Source: Pseudomonadota bacterium
GTDB taxonomy: Bacteria; Pseudomonadota; Alphaproteobacteria; SHVP01
DNA: 64,000 nt
Assembly: GCA_027622715.1 (NCBI GenBank)
Contig: JAQBYN010000017.1
Location: 577 to 64,576 of the forward strand
Reading direction: 5' to 3'
Shown here: positions 36,435 to 46,827 of the stretch, piece by piece
Position numbering within the stretch: position 1 is the stretch's first letter
Layout: every line of letters begins with the position of its first letter
Translations under genes and position numbers: made by a program
Notes under the pieces: generated by a model
What the model was told of the DNA's origin: nothing
Database searches by the model: none
Seen by the model: the letters and a program-made list of their open reading frames with translations, nothing else

Positions 36435-37592
36435 ATGGCGCAAACCAAACATGCCATGTTGGTCAACGCGGACCACGATGAGGCGGCGCGCCAGCATTTC
36501 GCCGTGGGGCTGAAGTCCCACCTCTCGGCCCACGTCGCATCTGGGACAAAATCGGCCTATGAGGCGCGGGTCAAGCCAGCTTACCGCCGCGCCAAAGGCC
36601 GGGTGCCGACGACGCGCCATGAGGTACGACGGGCCCTCGCACACGACCCGTACTACCAAGCAGCCAGCGCGCTCAAGCGCACCGCGCAGGAAATCATGTG
36701 GGACGCGGTCGGCGCGCCGGTGGAGCGCGAGTGGGAAGACCTAAAGGCCCGCGCGCAAACCTGCAGCGCTCAACTCGGCTCATTGAGGCTCGATCCGGCC
36801 CTCAAAATTCCCCGCTATCACGCGGCCGTCGATATTCACTGCATGCCGGGCGGCTACCACAGCGAAATCGGCGCGGACGACCTGTACGCCGGCGCGCTCT
36901 ACGACCGAGGCATTTATTTGTTCTCGATGGGGCTGCGCGGCGATCTCAACGACGATTTCGGCCACAGCCTGGTGGCGTGGGTTCGCAGCCGATATCCGAG
37001 TCTATCGCCAAAACGCATCCTCGACTTGGGTTGTTCCGTCGGGCACGGCACCTTGCCCTGGGCTGACGCCTTCCCCGACGCTGAGGTCCATGCCTTCGAT
37101 GTCGGGGCGCCCATGCTGCGCTACGCCCATGCGCGGGCCGGTGCGCTCGGCAAGTCCGTGCACTTCTCGCAACAGAATGCCGAGGCGACGGATTTTCCGG
37201 ACGGTCACTTCGACCTCATTGTGTCGCAGATCATCATTCACGAGACCTCGCGCCGCGCCCTGCCCCGCATCTTGCGTGAGTGCCACCGCCTTCTGAAACC
37301 CGGCGGGTTGATGGTGCACATGGACGGGATCGATTGGCGTGGTCTCGATCCCTACGACGCCTTCGTTCCCGACTGGGACACCTACTTCAACAACGAGCCC
37401 TTCATCGGCCCGATGCACGACCTAGATCTGCCGCAACTCGCCGCAGACGTCGGTTTCTCGCGAGACAAAATCATCTTCGCGACCGCGACCAGCGCGCGCC
37501 GAGAACACGAAAACCGCGACCGCAGCGAGCTCACATCCGGCGACTTCGGCAACGTGGGCGCGTTCATGGTGTTCGGCGGCATTAAGGACTGA
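36435..37592 (+). CDS. Class I SAM-dependent methyltransferase-like protein with an ~130-aa N-terminal extension of unknown function. Paralog A.
   Basis: ATG at 36435 (MAQTKHAM). Motif I is ILDLGCSVGHG. Other motifs are AFDVGAPML and LLKPGG. It shares the RLDPAL.PRY..AVDIHCMPG block with 58938..60086. Confidence 0.7.
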   Translation: MAQTKHAMLVNADHDEAARQHFAVGLKSHLSAHVASGTKSAYEARVKPAYRRAKGRVPTTRHEVRRALAHDPYYQAASALKRTAQEIMWDAVGAPVEREWEDLKARAQTCSAQLGSLRLDPALKIPRYHAAVDIHCMPGGYHSEIGADDLYAGALYDRGIYLFSMGLRGDLNDDFGHSLVAWVRSRYPSLSPKRILDLGCSVGHGTLPWADAFPDAEVHAFDVGAPMLRYAHARAGALGKSVHFSQQNAEATDFPDGHFDLIVSQIIIHETSRRALPRILRECHRLLKPGGLMVHMDGIDWRGLDPYDAFVPDWDTYFNNEPFIGPMHDLDLPQLAADVGFSRDKIIFATATSARREHENRDRSELTSGDFGNVGAFMVFGGIKD

Positions 37593-37601
37593 TTAGAAAA
37601 T

Positions 37602-37622
37602 GGGCACGACGTTCGTGGTGCC
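37602..37622. promoter_or_regulatory. NtrC-like enhancer palindrome GGCACGACG-TT-CGTGGTGCC upstream of amtB.
   Basis: It has GCAC..GTGC half-sites. It is ~100 bp upstream of a sigma54-like TGGCAC-N5-TTGG at 37722-37736. The -12 element is imperfect (TTGG rather than TTGC). Confidence 0.3.
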
Positions 37623-37779
37623 TATTTTTCGTGCAATCATTTGGTGAGATTGATCGCCAAGTAGCTGCCTCCGCCGACAATATCCCTTTATTTTCAATTA
37701 CTTAAAGAACCGGGCAAGTCTTGGCACGACTCTTGGGTAGTACCGCCTGACGGCATCCAACAAAGGCGAGTCAGGCCCC

Positions 37780-39087
37780 ATGCGCAAATACCTCGGCATC
37801 AGCGTTATTTCCCTTTTCTGCGTCGCCGCGGCCCCAGCACTCGCGCAGGAGGTCAGCGAAACCGCCTACATCTTCAACTCGCTGTCCTTCTTGATGAACG
37901 GGTTCTTGGTCATGTGGATGGCGGCGGGCTTCGCGATGCTCGAAAGCGGCTTGGTGCGAAGCAAGAATGTCGCGACGATCTGCCTCAAGAACATCGCGCT
38001 CTTCGCCATCGCCGGGATCATGTATTACCTGGTCGGCTACGACCTGATGTACACCGGCGTCGACGGTGGGTTCATGGGCTCGTTCTCGTGGTGGGGCGCC
38101 GACGACAGCGCCGCGTTGGCTGGCGATTTCTCCGGCAATTACGCCGCCTCCGCCGACTGGTTCTTCCAGATGGTCTTCGTCGCCACGGCAGCATCCATCG
38201 TGTCGGGCGCGGTCGCCGAGCGCAGCAAGCTGTGGTCGTTCCTGGCCTTCACCGTCGTGCTGACGGCGATCATCTACCCGATCGCCGGTTCATGGCAGTG
38301 GGGCGGCGGTTGGCTGAGCGAGATGGGCTTCGCCGACTTTGCGGGCTCGACGCTGGTGCATTCGGTGGGCGGCTGGGCGGCGCTAACCGGCTGTCTGATT
38401 ATTGGCGCGCGCAAGGGTAAGTTCGGCGCGGGCGGCAAGGTCACGCCGATGCCGGGTTCGTCGTTGCCGCTGGCGACGCTCGGCACGTTTATTCTGTGGC
38501 TCGGCTGGTTCGGCTTCAATGGTGGCAGCCAACTCGCCATGGGTTCGGCGGCCGATGTGATTGCGATTGCCAACATCTACGTCAACACCAACATGGCGGC
38601 CGCGGGCGGTGTGGTTGCCGCGATGATTTTGGCGCAACTTCTCTACAAGAAGGTCGACCTAACCCTGGTGCTCAACGGCGCCATCGCCGGTTTGGTTTCG
38701 ATCACCGCCGGCCCTGACACACCGACGATCCTCGAGGCGATTTTAATCGGCGGCGTCGGCGGTATCCTCGCGGTCCTCGCCATCCCGCTGTTCGACCGGT
38801 TCAAGGTCGACGACGTGGTCGGCGCGATATCGGCGCACTTGGTCGCCGGGATTTGGGGCACCATCGCGGTGCCGCTAACGAATGGCGACGCGCAGTTCGG
38901 CGTACAGCTGCTGGGCGTTGTATCAATCGGCGCGTTCACCGTGATCGCCAGTTCCATCGTCTGGTTGGCGATTAGATACACGGTCGGCATCCGCGCCCAC
39001 GAAGAGGACGAAGCGCTGGGTCTCGACCGCTCCGAACTTGGGCTCGAGGCCTATCCTGAATTTGCGTCCGGTTCGCGCTCGATATAG
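37780..39087 (+). CDS. amtB: Ammonium transporter.
   Basis: 435 aa with a signal peptide and conserved Amt blocks. No glnK lies downstream. Confidence 0.9.
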   Translation: MRKYLGISVISLFCVAAAPALAQEVSETAYIFNSLSFLMNGFLVMWMAAGFAMLESGLVRSKNVATICLKNIALFAIAGIMYYLVGYDLMYTGVDGGFMGSFSWWGADDSAALAGDFSGNYAASADWFFQMVFVATAASIVSGAVAERSKLWSFLAFTVVLTAIIYPIAGSWQWGGGWLSEMGFADFAGSTLVHSVGGWAALTGCLIIGARKGKFGAGGKVTPMPGSSLPLATLGTFILWLGWFGFNGGSQLAMGSAADVIAIANIYVNTNMAAAGGVVAAMILAQLLYKKVDLTLVLNGAIAGLVSITAGPDTPTILEAILIGGVGGILAVLAIPLFDRFKVDDVVGAISAHLVAGIWGTIAVPLTNGDAQFGVQLLGVVSIGAFTVIASSIVWLAIRYTVGIRAHEEDEALGLDRSELGLEAYPEFASGSRSI

Positions 39088-39352
39088 CGCCCGGTCTCAA
39101 CGCCCTCGGCGCGGGCATCGTTGCGAAAGCAGAGCCGTTCTCCCTCTTCGGACTGTTTCTAATCGGTGCCCACTTCGAACCAGACCGGCGCGTGCATTGC
39201 AGAAGGGTATTTGTGCGCCGCAATATTTGGCGCAGATGGTCGTGCAACAGCCAAGGATTCCGGCGGCCACCGCCCGGCATGTTTTCATTAGGGTGTCGCT
39301 GCGACTAACATCGTCCGTGGAGAGGCAGGAAGCTTCTCAGGGAGGACGATAA

Positions 39353-40885
39353 ATGAAAAAACTCATCGCAAGCGCGGGTGCAGCGGTCATTGCCGCAACA
39401 GTCGCATTTGGTGCCGCGCCGGTCGCGCAGGCCCAAGAAAAAGTTCTGCGCGTTGCCCACTTCGGCTTCAATCCGCAAAAAGGCCGTTTTGAAATGGCGT
39501 TCGGCGCGCAGTCGACACTGCCGTTGATGGCCTTCGCCGACAGCATGACTTTTCTGAACAAGGATGGTTCGGTTGATCCAGGCCTTGCCACGTCTTGGGA
39601 GGCAAAGGACCAATCAACTTGGGTCTTTAAGATTCGTGAAGGCGTGAAGTTCCACAATGGCGCGCCGATGACCGCCGATCAGGTCGTCAAGAACGTTGAG
39701 TTCCTTATTAGCGACGAGGCCGGCAAGACGAGCATATCATCTCGCTTCCTCGGCCTCGCCAGCGCCAAGAAGATCGACGAGCGCACCGTCGAGATCACCA
39801 CTACGACTCCGAACCCGATTCTCGACCGTTGGTTCGCCCTCTTCCGGATAATGGATGCCGATTACCAAAAAGACGTTGGGATTGAAGGTTTCACGATCAA
39901 ACCGATCGGCACCGGGCCCTTTAAAGTCACGAGTTGGTCCGGCGAAACCATGGAGGCCGAGAAATTTGCCGACGCATGGCGCCCGGCCAAAATTGACCGG
40001 CTCCGCATTGACTCGCTGACCGAAGTTGCCGCGCGCGTCAGCGCGCTGCAGTCCGGGCAGGTGGATATCGCCTGGGTGTTGAGCCCCGACGATATTCCCC
40101 GCCTTGACGCCTCCGGCCATAAGGTCAACATCACCCAAATTTTCGATGTCGTCTCGTTCAAGTTCAACACCATCCCCGAACGCACGACTGCCGACAACAC
40201 ACCGATCCTCGACCGACGCGTCCGGCGGGCGATCAACTTCGCCATCAACCGTGACCAATATGTGAAGGAAGTCTTGGGTGGACTAACAGTCGCGGCGGGC
40301 CAGTCGGGTGCAAGCACGGTTGCGGGACATCAAAAGGACATCAAACCCTATCCGTACGATCCGGCGCAGGCCAAGAAACTCTTGGCCGAAGCCGGTTTCG
40401 GCGGTGGTCTCAATCTGATCATGGAATTGATTCCGACCTCGACCGATTACACCAACACGTCGCAATTCATCGCTGACAACTTGCGCCAGGTCGGCATCAA
40501 CCTGGAACTCCGGCAGATTGCGCTTGCCGATTTGCTGGGCAAGCTGCGGGGGCAAAAGCCTTGGGATGGCCACATGTGGATGGGGCTCGTTGAGTCCTTC
40601 CCAACCGGCGACGTTATGCGTCCCTTCGCCACCGACTCGTGCAGCTTTTTCGGGGCGTTTATCTGCGACAAATCGATCCAACCGACGATCGACGCGGCGA
40701 ACTCAGAGTTCGATAAGTCCAAACGCGCCGAACTTGTCCGTAAAGTTGTGCAGCACTATCACGATGAGGCGTTGATCTCGTACATGTACGAACGGTCTGT
40801 CATCGACGGCCTTTCGCCGAAGGTGAAGAACTACAAGCTGTTCAATCGTGCGATCAACTGGCACGAAATCGACCTCGAAGGCTGA
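39353..40885 (+). CDS. ABC transporter substrate-binding protein, family 5 (peptide/nickel/opine type).
   Basis: 510 aa with a signal peptide and a GGAGGACGATAA SD. No permease genes are adjacent. Confidence 0.85.
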   Translation: MKKLIASAGAAVIAATVAFGAAPVAQAQEKVLRVAHFGFNPQKGRFEMAFGAQSTLPLMAFADSMTFLNKDGSVDPGLATSWEAKDQSTWVFKIREGVKFHNGAPMTADQVVKNVEFLISDEAGKTSISSRFLGLASAKKIDERTVEITTTTPNPILDRWFALFRIMDADYQKDVGIEGFTIKPIGTGPFKVTSWSGETMEAEKFADAWRPAKIDRLRIDSLTEVAARVSALQSGQVDIAWVLSPDDIPRLDASGHKVNITQIFDVVSFKFNTIPERTTADNTPILDRRVRRAINFAINRDQYVKEVLGGLTVAAGQSGASTVAGHQKDIKPYPYDPAQAKKLLAEAGFGGGLNLIMELIPTSTDYTNTSQFIADNLRQVGINLELRQIALADLLGKLRGQKPWDGHMWMGLVESFPTGDVMRPFATDSCSFFGAFICDKSIQPTIDAANSEFDKSKRAELVRKVVQHYHDEALISYMYERSVIDGLSPKVKNYKLFNRAINWHEIDLEG

Positions 40886-40924
40886 TTAGATGCTCCCGGG
40901 GGCGCGGCTCCCGGGAGCCCTTCT

Positions 40925-41608
40925 CTAGGACGGCCCCGAGCGGCGTTTTAGATAATCGCCGAGCGCGCGTCCGGGCAGGTCTTCAAACCGTTCGTCGCGG
41001 CGCGCGATCTGTTCCATTCGATCCAGGCGGAAATTGCGGAAGTCGTCGCGAGTTTCGCACCAGCCGACCACCGTCCAGGCATATCCCCAGTAGAACAGCC
41101 CGAGCGGGTGAATGATTCGCGCGGTCGTCTCGCCGTCGGCGCGGGTGTAGCGAAAGCTTACTTTGTAACGATCGTTCACCGCCCGGCGCACAACCGCCAA
41201 GTTCGCGGTCACCGCAGTGTCGGGCATGATCCGCGGCGCGAACAGCGCGCTTTCAACGATGTTGGCGCGCAGCGGTTCGGGCAGCACACCTTCGATCTTG
41301 GTCAGCGCGCTGTGCGCCGCCGAAGCTAAGTCGGGGTCGGCCCAACTCTGGACAATCCGCGATCCCAGGATGAGCGCTTCGATTTCCTCAGCGTTGAACA
41401 TCAGCGGCGGCAGATCGAATTTTCGATCCAGCGTATAGCCGACCCCGGCTTCGCCGGTGATTGGAACGCCGGTGACAATTAGATCGGCGACGTCGCGGTA
41501 GATCGTCCGTTCCGACACATCGAGCTCGCCCGCCAGCTGTGCTGCAGTCATGAAGCGGCGCGATCGCAACATTTGGATGATTTCGAAAAGGCGGTCGGCG
41601 CGACGCAT
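40925..41608 (-). CDS. YafY-family transcriptional regulator (HTH plus WYL domain).
   Basis: 227 aa. The N-terminal HTH is FMTAAQLAGELDVSERTIYRD, and a WYL-like C-terminus follows. Confidence 0.8.
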   Translation of the reverse strand: MRRADRLFEIIQMLRSRRFMTAAQLAGELDVSERTIYRDVADLIVTGVPITGEAGVGYTLDRKFDLPPLMFNAEEIEALILGSRIVQSWADPDLASAAHSALTKIEGVLPEPLRANIVESALFAPRIMPDTAVTANLAVVRRAVNDRYKVSFRYTRADGETTARIIHPLGLFYWGYAWTVVGWCETRDDFRNFRLDRMEQIARRDERFEDLPGRALGDYLKRRSGPS

Positions 41609-41693
41609 GCGAGCTCATCTGTTGCGGGCGCAGCGGACAGGCGCACCAGCGGGAATGCTAGTGCGCCTGTCTGGTCGCGTCGAATAGCGCAGG

Positions 41694-42059
41694 TTAGGCA
41701 CCGCTTCCGGCGCCTTCTCCTTGGTACAGCGCGACAGTGGCGCCGGCGGGGTCTTGCAGAACTACAAAACTGCCTACTGGAATATCGACCCTGGGTTGGA
41801 GAATTTTGGCGCCCAGCGATTCGGCCTTCTTGGCGGCGACATCCAGATCTTCGACCCATAGGTACGGCAACCAATGCGCTGGCCCACCGCTCGACGGAGC
41901 AATGCCAGCAAATGGCGCGGCGCCATTGGTAACTACGGTGTAGGTCGCGCCGCCCATTTCCGCGTCCGAGAAACTCCAGCCCATCAGGTCGCCGTAGAAC
42001 GACTTGGCTTTGTCCGGGCTACTGGGGTGTAGTTCCATATAGGCAAACGGGTTTGTCAT
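41694..42059 (-). CDS. VOC family protein (glyoxalase-like). Tandem paralog 1.
   Basis: 121 aa. It begins MTNPFAYMELHPSSPDKAKSFYGDLMGW. Confidence 0.7.
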   Translation of the reverse strand: MTNPFAYMELHPSSPDKAKSFYGDLMGWSFSDAEMGGATYTVVTNGAAPFAGIAPSSGGPAHWLPYLWVEDLDVAAKKAESLGAKILQPRVDIPVGSFVVLQDPAGATVALYQGEGAGSGA

Positions 42060-42152
42060 CAGTGTGTCTCCGAATGTTGAGAGGTCGAATTGCGCGGGAA
42101 GGCACCGGTTTCTCCGAGGGCGGCACCGCCACCCCCGAAGGAACGCGGCGAG

Positions 42153-42503
42153 TCATCTCTTGGGCTGGAACAATGCGACCGTGGCGCCGGCCGGATCTTC
42201 AATGAAAACAAAGCTGCCGGCCGGGATATCGACCCGCGGCTGGACCACCTTAGCCCCGAGCTGCTCAGCCTTCTTGGTCGACGCGTCCAAATCCGCGACA
42301 CCGAGATACGGCAACCAATGGGGCGATCCACCATTGGCCGGCGCAATCCCGGCAAACGGCTCGGCGCCGTTATTGACCATGGTGTAGGCCGCGCCGCCCA
42401 TGTCCATCTCGGCAAACTTCCAGCCCAGCAAGTCGCCGTAAAACGATTTGGCCTTGTCGCTGCTGTTAGGGTGCAATTCCATATAAACGAACGGGTTTGT
42501 CAT
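42153..42503 (-). CDS. VOC family protein (glyoxalase-like). Tandem paralog 2.
   Basis: The start is MTNPFVYMELH. The track adds 17 codons. It is roughly 70% identical to paralog 1. Confidence 0.7.
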   Translation of the reverse strand: MTNPFVYMELHPNSSDKAKSFYGDLLGWKFAEMDMGGAAYTMVNNGAEPFAGIAPANGGSPHWLPYLGVADLDASTKKAEQLGAKVVQPRVDIPAGSFVFIEDPAGATVALFQPKR

Positions 42504-42613
42504 TGGGGTGTCTCCGTGTGGGGTTATTGCGTTGAAGCTTGGAGACCATAGCAACCCCCTCCTGACAGCATGGTGTCAGGAGACTTTCGTGAGCACGTTT
42601 TTTTTGTCGAGCG

Positions 42614-43294
42614 CTAGTCGATCCACTCAAGACCGAGGTCGTCCGCCAATCTGCGCCCGCCGCGCAAATCGAAGATCGTTTGCCTGGTCGCTTTGAGTGT
42701 TTCGATGTTGGCGTTGATGCGCGCCGACTCCGGGCCAACGGCAGCGATGAGGTCTGCAACATCGCCGCGCGGTATGACGCACACACCGTCCAACGTGCCG
42801 ACAATCACATCGCCCGGCTCAATCAAAACGCCGCCGCACGTCACCGCGACGTTGACCGACCCGCGCGCCTGTACGGGCGTGCTGCGCAGCGTTGCGCCGC
42901 GACAGAACACCGGCAGGCTTTGCTCGACGATCGAATCGGCATCAATGACAACGCCGTCGACCACCACGCCGGCACAACCAACGTTCGCCGCCGAAAGGGT
43001 CAACCCCCCACCCCATGCGAAGCCCGCGGTACTGCCACCGGCCGCAACCACGATGACATCGCCTGGCTGCGCCACACCGGTCGCGATCATGCCGAGCATT
43101 GGATCGGGCCCCACGGACGCGACCGTTACCGCTGGACCGACAACGCGAACATTGCGCAGCCCCAAGGGCTCTATCGCTGAGTCCATGAGCTGCGCCGTGG
43201 GCAGCGCCTTGACGATTTGGTCAAGCCGCAGCCCGTGCACCTGCGCCACCAGATCCCGCGGCGGACGGTTGATTGAGGCATAGACTTTGGGCAC
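42614..43294 (-). CDS. RraA-family protein (RNase E inhibitor / 4-hydroxy-4-methyl-2-oxoglutarate aldolase-like).
   Basis: GTG at 43294 follows a GGAGGAAGAT SD. The core looks like an RraA-type swivelling beta/beta/alpha domain, with Gly-rich GGGLTLSAANVG. Confidence 0.65.
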   Translation of the reverse strand: MPKVYASINRPPRDLVAQVHGLRLDQIVKALPTAQLMDSAIEPLGLRNVRVVGPAVTVASVGPDPMLGMIATGVAQPGDVIVVAAGGSTAGFAWGGGLTLSAANVGCAGVVVDGVVIDADSIVEQSLPVFCRGATLRSTPVQARGSVNVAVTCGGVLIEPGDVIVGTLDGVCVIPRGDVADLIAAVGPESARINANIETLKATRQTIFDLRGGRRLADDLGLEWID

Positions 43295-43379
43295 ATCTTC
43301 CTCCGAGTGATCGCCAAAAGAAAAGCTGCGGCGCCTTGCGACGCCGCAGCTGTAATGGACGTGCCGAGCATGTCTCGGT

Positions 43380-44891
43380 TTAGTTGGCCAGTGCGACGTC
43401 GGCCCAGTTGATGCGCCAGTTCTCATTTTTGAATCCTGACACTTTGCTCGACGTCGCATCGAGTTCGAACTGCTCGTACAGGAATATCTGCGGCGCCTCA
43501 TCATGGTAGATTTGGGCGATTTCCCTCAGATACTGGGCACGCTTTTTGGGGTCGAACTCGCTGTTGGCGCCCTTGATCGCAGCCTCTGCGGCCGGGATGC
43601 AAGTCCACTTCTGCCGCGCTTCGCAGGAATGGAACGCATTAATCGAGCGCATCACGTCGATCGACGGGTTGGAACCATAGTTCATGATGTGCATCTGACC
43701 TTCGAACTCTTTGGTACCGACCACGCGGCCGAACAAGTCAGGCAACGTAATGATCTTTAGTTCCATCGCGATGCCGACCCGGGAAAGGTCTTGTGCAACC
43801 TGCTGGTACAAATTGGTCAGATCCGCATTGTTGTTGACGATTTCCGCGACCACTTTGAGACCGTTGGGGAAGCCCGCCTCGGCAAGAAGCTGTTTCGCCT
43901 TCGCCGGGTCATAGGGATAGGCCTCGACATCGGCCTGGAATCCATTGACCGATGATGCCGCGGGTTGGCCTGCCGCCTTGCCGAACCCATTGAACAGGGT
44001 GTCGATGAACGACTTGTCGATCGCATAGTTGAAGGCCTGGCGCACACGTTTGTCGGTTGTGAAACCGCCGGTCGACTGGTTGAAGACCAGAATGGCGACC
44101 GAGGGTGTCGAACCGACATTCACCGTCCCGCCCGCCTGTTTGATCAGGTTGACCGAGTCGGTCGGGATGCCGAAGGCGATATCGACCGCTTCGGACTGGA
44201 ATGCTTGTACGCGGGTCGCCGCCTCGGGCTGGAAATACATCAATAGCCCGTCGACTTTGGGCTGGCGTGGCCCCTTTTCGAACCGGACCATCTGAGCCTT
44301 GGTATCGTCCCACGATGTCACGTGAAATGGCCCGGTGCCGGATGGATTGTTGCCGAACTTCTCGCGCCCAAGATCGCTCCACGCCGCCGGGTCGATGATC
44401 CGAAACGCCGAAATCTCGTTCGGCAGGATCGGCGACGGGCGATCCGTAATAATTTCCACGGTCATGTCGTCGATCTTCCGGGCATCGACAATGTGTTTGA
44501 GACTGCCGTAGACGGACCCGCCGTACTTTTTTTGATCGTCCGATTGAAGGTTCTTGACCGCCGCAACCACCGCATCGGCGGTAAATGCCGTCCCGGCGTG
44601 AAACGAAATTCCAGGCGTAAGCTTAAATTCCCAGGTCAGCGGTCCGGTGTTTTTCCAACTCGTCGCCAAGCGAGCGCGCGGCGAGCCGTCGCCATCCACC
44701 GTGACAAGCGGATCGAACGATGTCTCAAAAGTGTAGGTATGTTGGTAGCTAAGACTGGTCGTCGGATCGCCGTGATTCGGCGGATTGCCGATGTTCGACA
44801 CACGCAACGTCTGAGCAAAACCAAGCGATCCTGAACCGACGACGAAGGCCGCCACTATTGCGACCGTTGCCAAGTTTCTTGTTCGGGTCAT
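43380..44891 (-). CDS. ABC transporter substrate-binding protein, family 5. Second orphan SBP.
   Basis: The start is MTRTRNLATVAIVAAF with a GGGAGGA SD. It is ~503 aa. Confidence 0.85.
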   Translation of the reverse strand: MTRTRNLATVAIVAAFVVGSGSLGFAQTLRVSNIGNPPNHGDPTTSLSYQHTYTFETSFDPLVTVDGDGSPRARLATSWKNTGPLTWEFKLTPGISFHAGTAFTADAVVAAVKNLQSDDQKKYGGSVYGSLKHIVDARKIDDMTVEIITDRPSPILPNEISAFRIIDPAAWSDLGREKFGNNPSGTGPFHVTSWDDTKAQMVRFEKGPRQPKVDGLLMYFQPEAATRVQAFQSEAVDIAFGIPTDSVNLIKQAGGTVNVGSTPSVAILVFNQSTGGFTTDKRVRQAFNYAIDKSFIDTLFNGFGKAAGQPAASSVNGFQADVEAYPYDPAKAKQLLAEAGFPNGLKVVAEIVNNNADLTNLYQQVAQDLSRVGIAMELKIITLPDLFGRVVGTKEFEGQMHIMNYGSNPSIDVMRSINAFHSCEARQKWTCIPAAEAAIKGANSEFDPKKRAQYLREIAQIYHDEAPQIFLYEQFELDATSSKVSGFKNENWRINWADVALAN

Positions 44892-45114
44892 TGAAAGTCC
44901 TCCCACCATAACGTCGGCAGTCGGCCGTGCCGCCCGCGGACGCACCCAGGGTCAACCCTAGCACCCACTTGGCTGCCCCGCGTAGCAAGACTAGCGTCAT
45001 CATCGCTGACCTAACGAGCGCGAGATTCGATGGTTGCGCACGGTGATCGTCGTTTAGGATCATGCCGGGTTATCGGTGAAGGCGGATGGCCTGGGCTGGG
45101 AGGGCCGCACGACA

Positions 45115-46827
45115 ATGGCAAAATTCGATCTGGTTATCCGCGGCGGCACGTTGATCGACGGTACCGGCGGCGATCCCTATGCCGCGGATATCGCGGTCGG
45201 CGGTGGCCGCATCGAGAAGATCGGCAAGGTCGACGATGCCGGGACCGCGGAAATCGACGCCAAAGGGTTGATGGTCACACCGGGCTTCATCGACATTCAC
45301 ACCCATTTCGATGCCCAGGTCATGTGGGATACCCACATGACTCCGTGTTCTCAACACGGCGTCACCACGGTCTTGATGGGCAACTGCGGCGTTGGCTTTG
45401 CGCCGTGCAAGCCGGAACACCGCGATGTCATGGTCGATGTCATGGACGGGGTCGAAGACATTCCGGCCTTGGTACTCAATGAGGGCCTGCCGTGGACGTG
45501 GGAGAGCTTTCCCGAATTCATGGATGTGCTGGCGACGCGGAAGGCTGACGTCGACTTCGGCACCTTTGTCACCCATGTGCCGATCCGGGTTTACGTGATG
45601 GGCGAGCGCGGCATCCGCCGCGAACCTGCATCGGCTGACGACATTCAGCGCATGGCTGCCTTGGTCGAAGAGGGTATCGAGGCCGGTGCCTTCGGCTTCA
45701 CCACCTCGCGGGCCACCGGCCACCGCGCCCGCAGCGGTGACGTGGTGCCCTCGACGACCGCCGACGAGGACGAGCTGATGGCCATGGCATTGGCGATGAA
45801 ACGCAAGGGCCGCGGCCACTTCATGTCGGCCTCGGAATTCAATATGGCCAACGGTTTTTCTAGTGAATTCAATATGTTACGGCGTATTGCTGAGACATCA
45901 GGTCGGCCCGTGCACTTCCCGCTGTTGCAGGGCAACGAGGCGCCGGAGCGTTGGCGCGAGATCGCTGACGGCGCTGCCGCGGCCATTCGCAACGGCGCCA
46001 GCATGTACGGCCAAGTCGTCGCGCGGCCGGTTGGCGTGTTGTTCGGCCTTGAGATGACCTCGAACCCGTTCACGACCTGTCCCTCGTATGAGGCCATCGC
46101 CCATCTGCCGCTGCCCGAGCGCGTCGCCGTGATGCGCAACCCCGAGCTGCGCGCCCGGCTTTTGGCCGAGGAGCCCGGCGACCCCGAGGCGCGGACCGTG
46201 ATTATGTCGCGCAGCGCCCACCTGCTGTACCGCATGGGTGATCCACCCAATTATTCGCCGCCGATCGCGGAGCGCCTCGACAAGGTTGCCGAACGCCATG
46301 GAACCACACCCCTCGCGGTGGCCTACGACACGTTGCTCGAGAACGAGGGGCACGGCGTCCTGTATTTTCCGGCACGCAATTTCGCGTTCAACAACCTCGA
46401 CACGTGCCTTGAAATGTTGCGCCGTCCGGAAATGGAAATCGGTCTTGGCGATGCCGGCGCCCATGTCGGCCGCATTTGCGACAGCAGCATGCCGACGTTC
46501 CTGCTGACCTATTGGGGCCGCGACCGCGACGGCGAGCGCTTGCCGCTGCCCTGGATCGTCAAGGCACTGACCAGCGATCACGCACGCGTCATGGGCATGC
46601 CCGACCGCGGCATTCTCAAGGAAGGGCTCAAAGCAGACATCAACGTGATCGATCATGGTCGCCTGAGGCTCCACGCGGCCCAGGCGACGCACGATCTGCC
46701 GACCGGCGCGATGCGGCTGTCGCAGCAAGCCGACGGCTATGTCGCGACGGTAGTATCGGGCGAGATTACCCGGCGTGACGGTGACTGGACCGGCGCGTTA
46801 CCGGGCCGCCTGGTAAGGGCAGCTTAA
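45115..46827 (+). CDS. N-acyl-D-amino-acid deacylase (D-aminoacylase) family amidohydrolase.
   Basis: The start is MAKFDLVIRGG. The metal-binding HTH motif lies in FIDIHTHFD. Confidence 0.8.
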   Translation: MAKFDLVIRGGTLIDGTGGDPYAADIAVGGGRIEKIGKVDDAGTAEIDAKGLMVTPGFIDIHTHFDAQVMWDTHMTPCSQHGVTTVLMGNCGVGFAPCKPEHRDVMVDVMDGVEDIPALVLNEGLPWTWESFPEFMDVLATRKADVDFGTFVTHVPIRVYVMGERGIRREPASADDIQRMAALVEEGIEAGAFGFTTSRATGHRARSGDVVPSTTADEDELMAMALAMKRKGRGHFMSASEFNMANGFSSEFNMLRRIAETSGRPVHFPLLQGNEAPERWREIADGAAAAIRNGASMYGQVVARPVGVLFGLEMTSNPFTTCPSYEAIAHLPLPERVAVMRNPELRARLLAEEPGDPEARTVIMSRSAHLLYRMGDPPNYSPPIAERLDKVAERHGTTPLAVAYDTLLENEGHGVLYFPARNFAFNNLDTCLEMLRRPEMEIGLGDAGAHVGRICDSSMPTFLLTYWGRDRDGERLPLPWIVKALTSDHARVMGMPDRGILKEGLKADINVIDHGRLRLHAAQATHDLPTGAMRLSQQADGYVATVVSGEITRRDGDWTGALPGRLVRAA

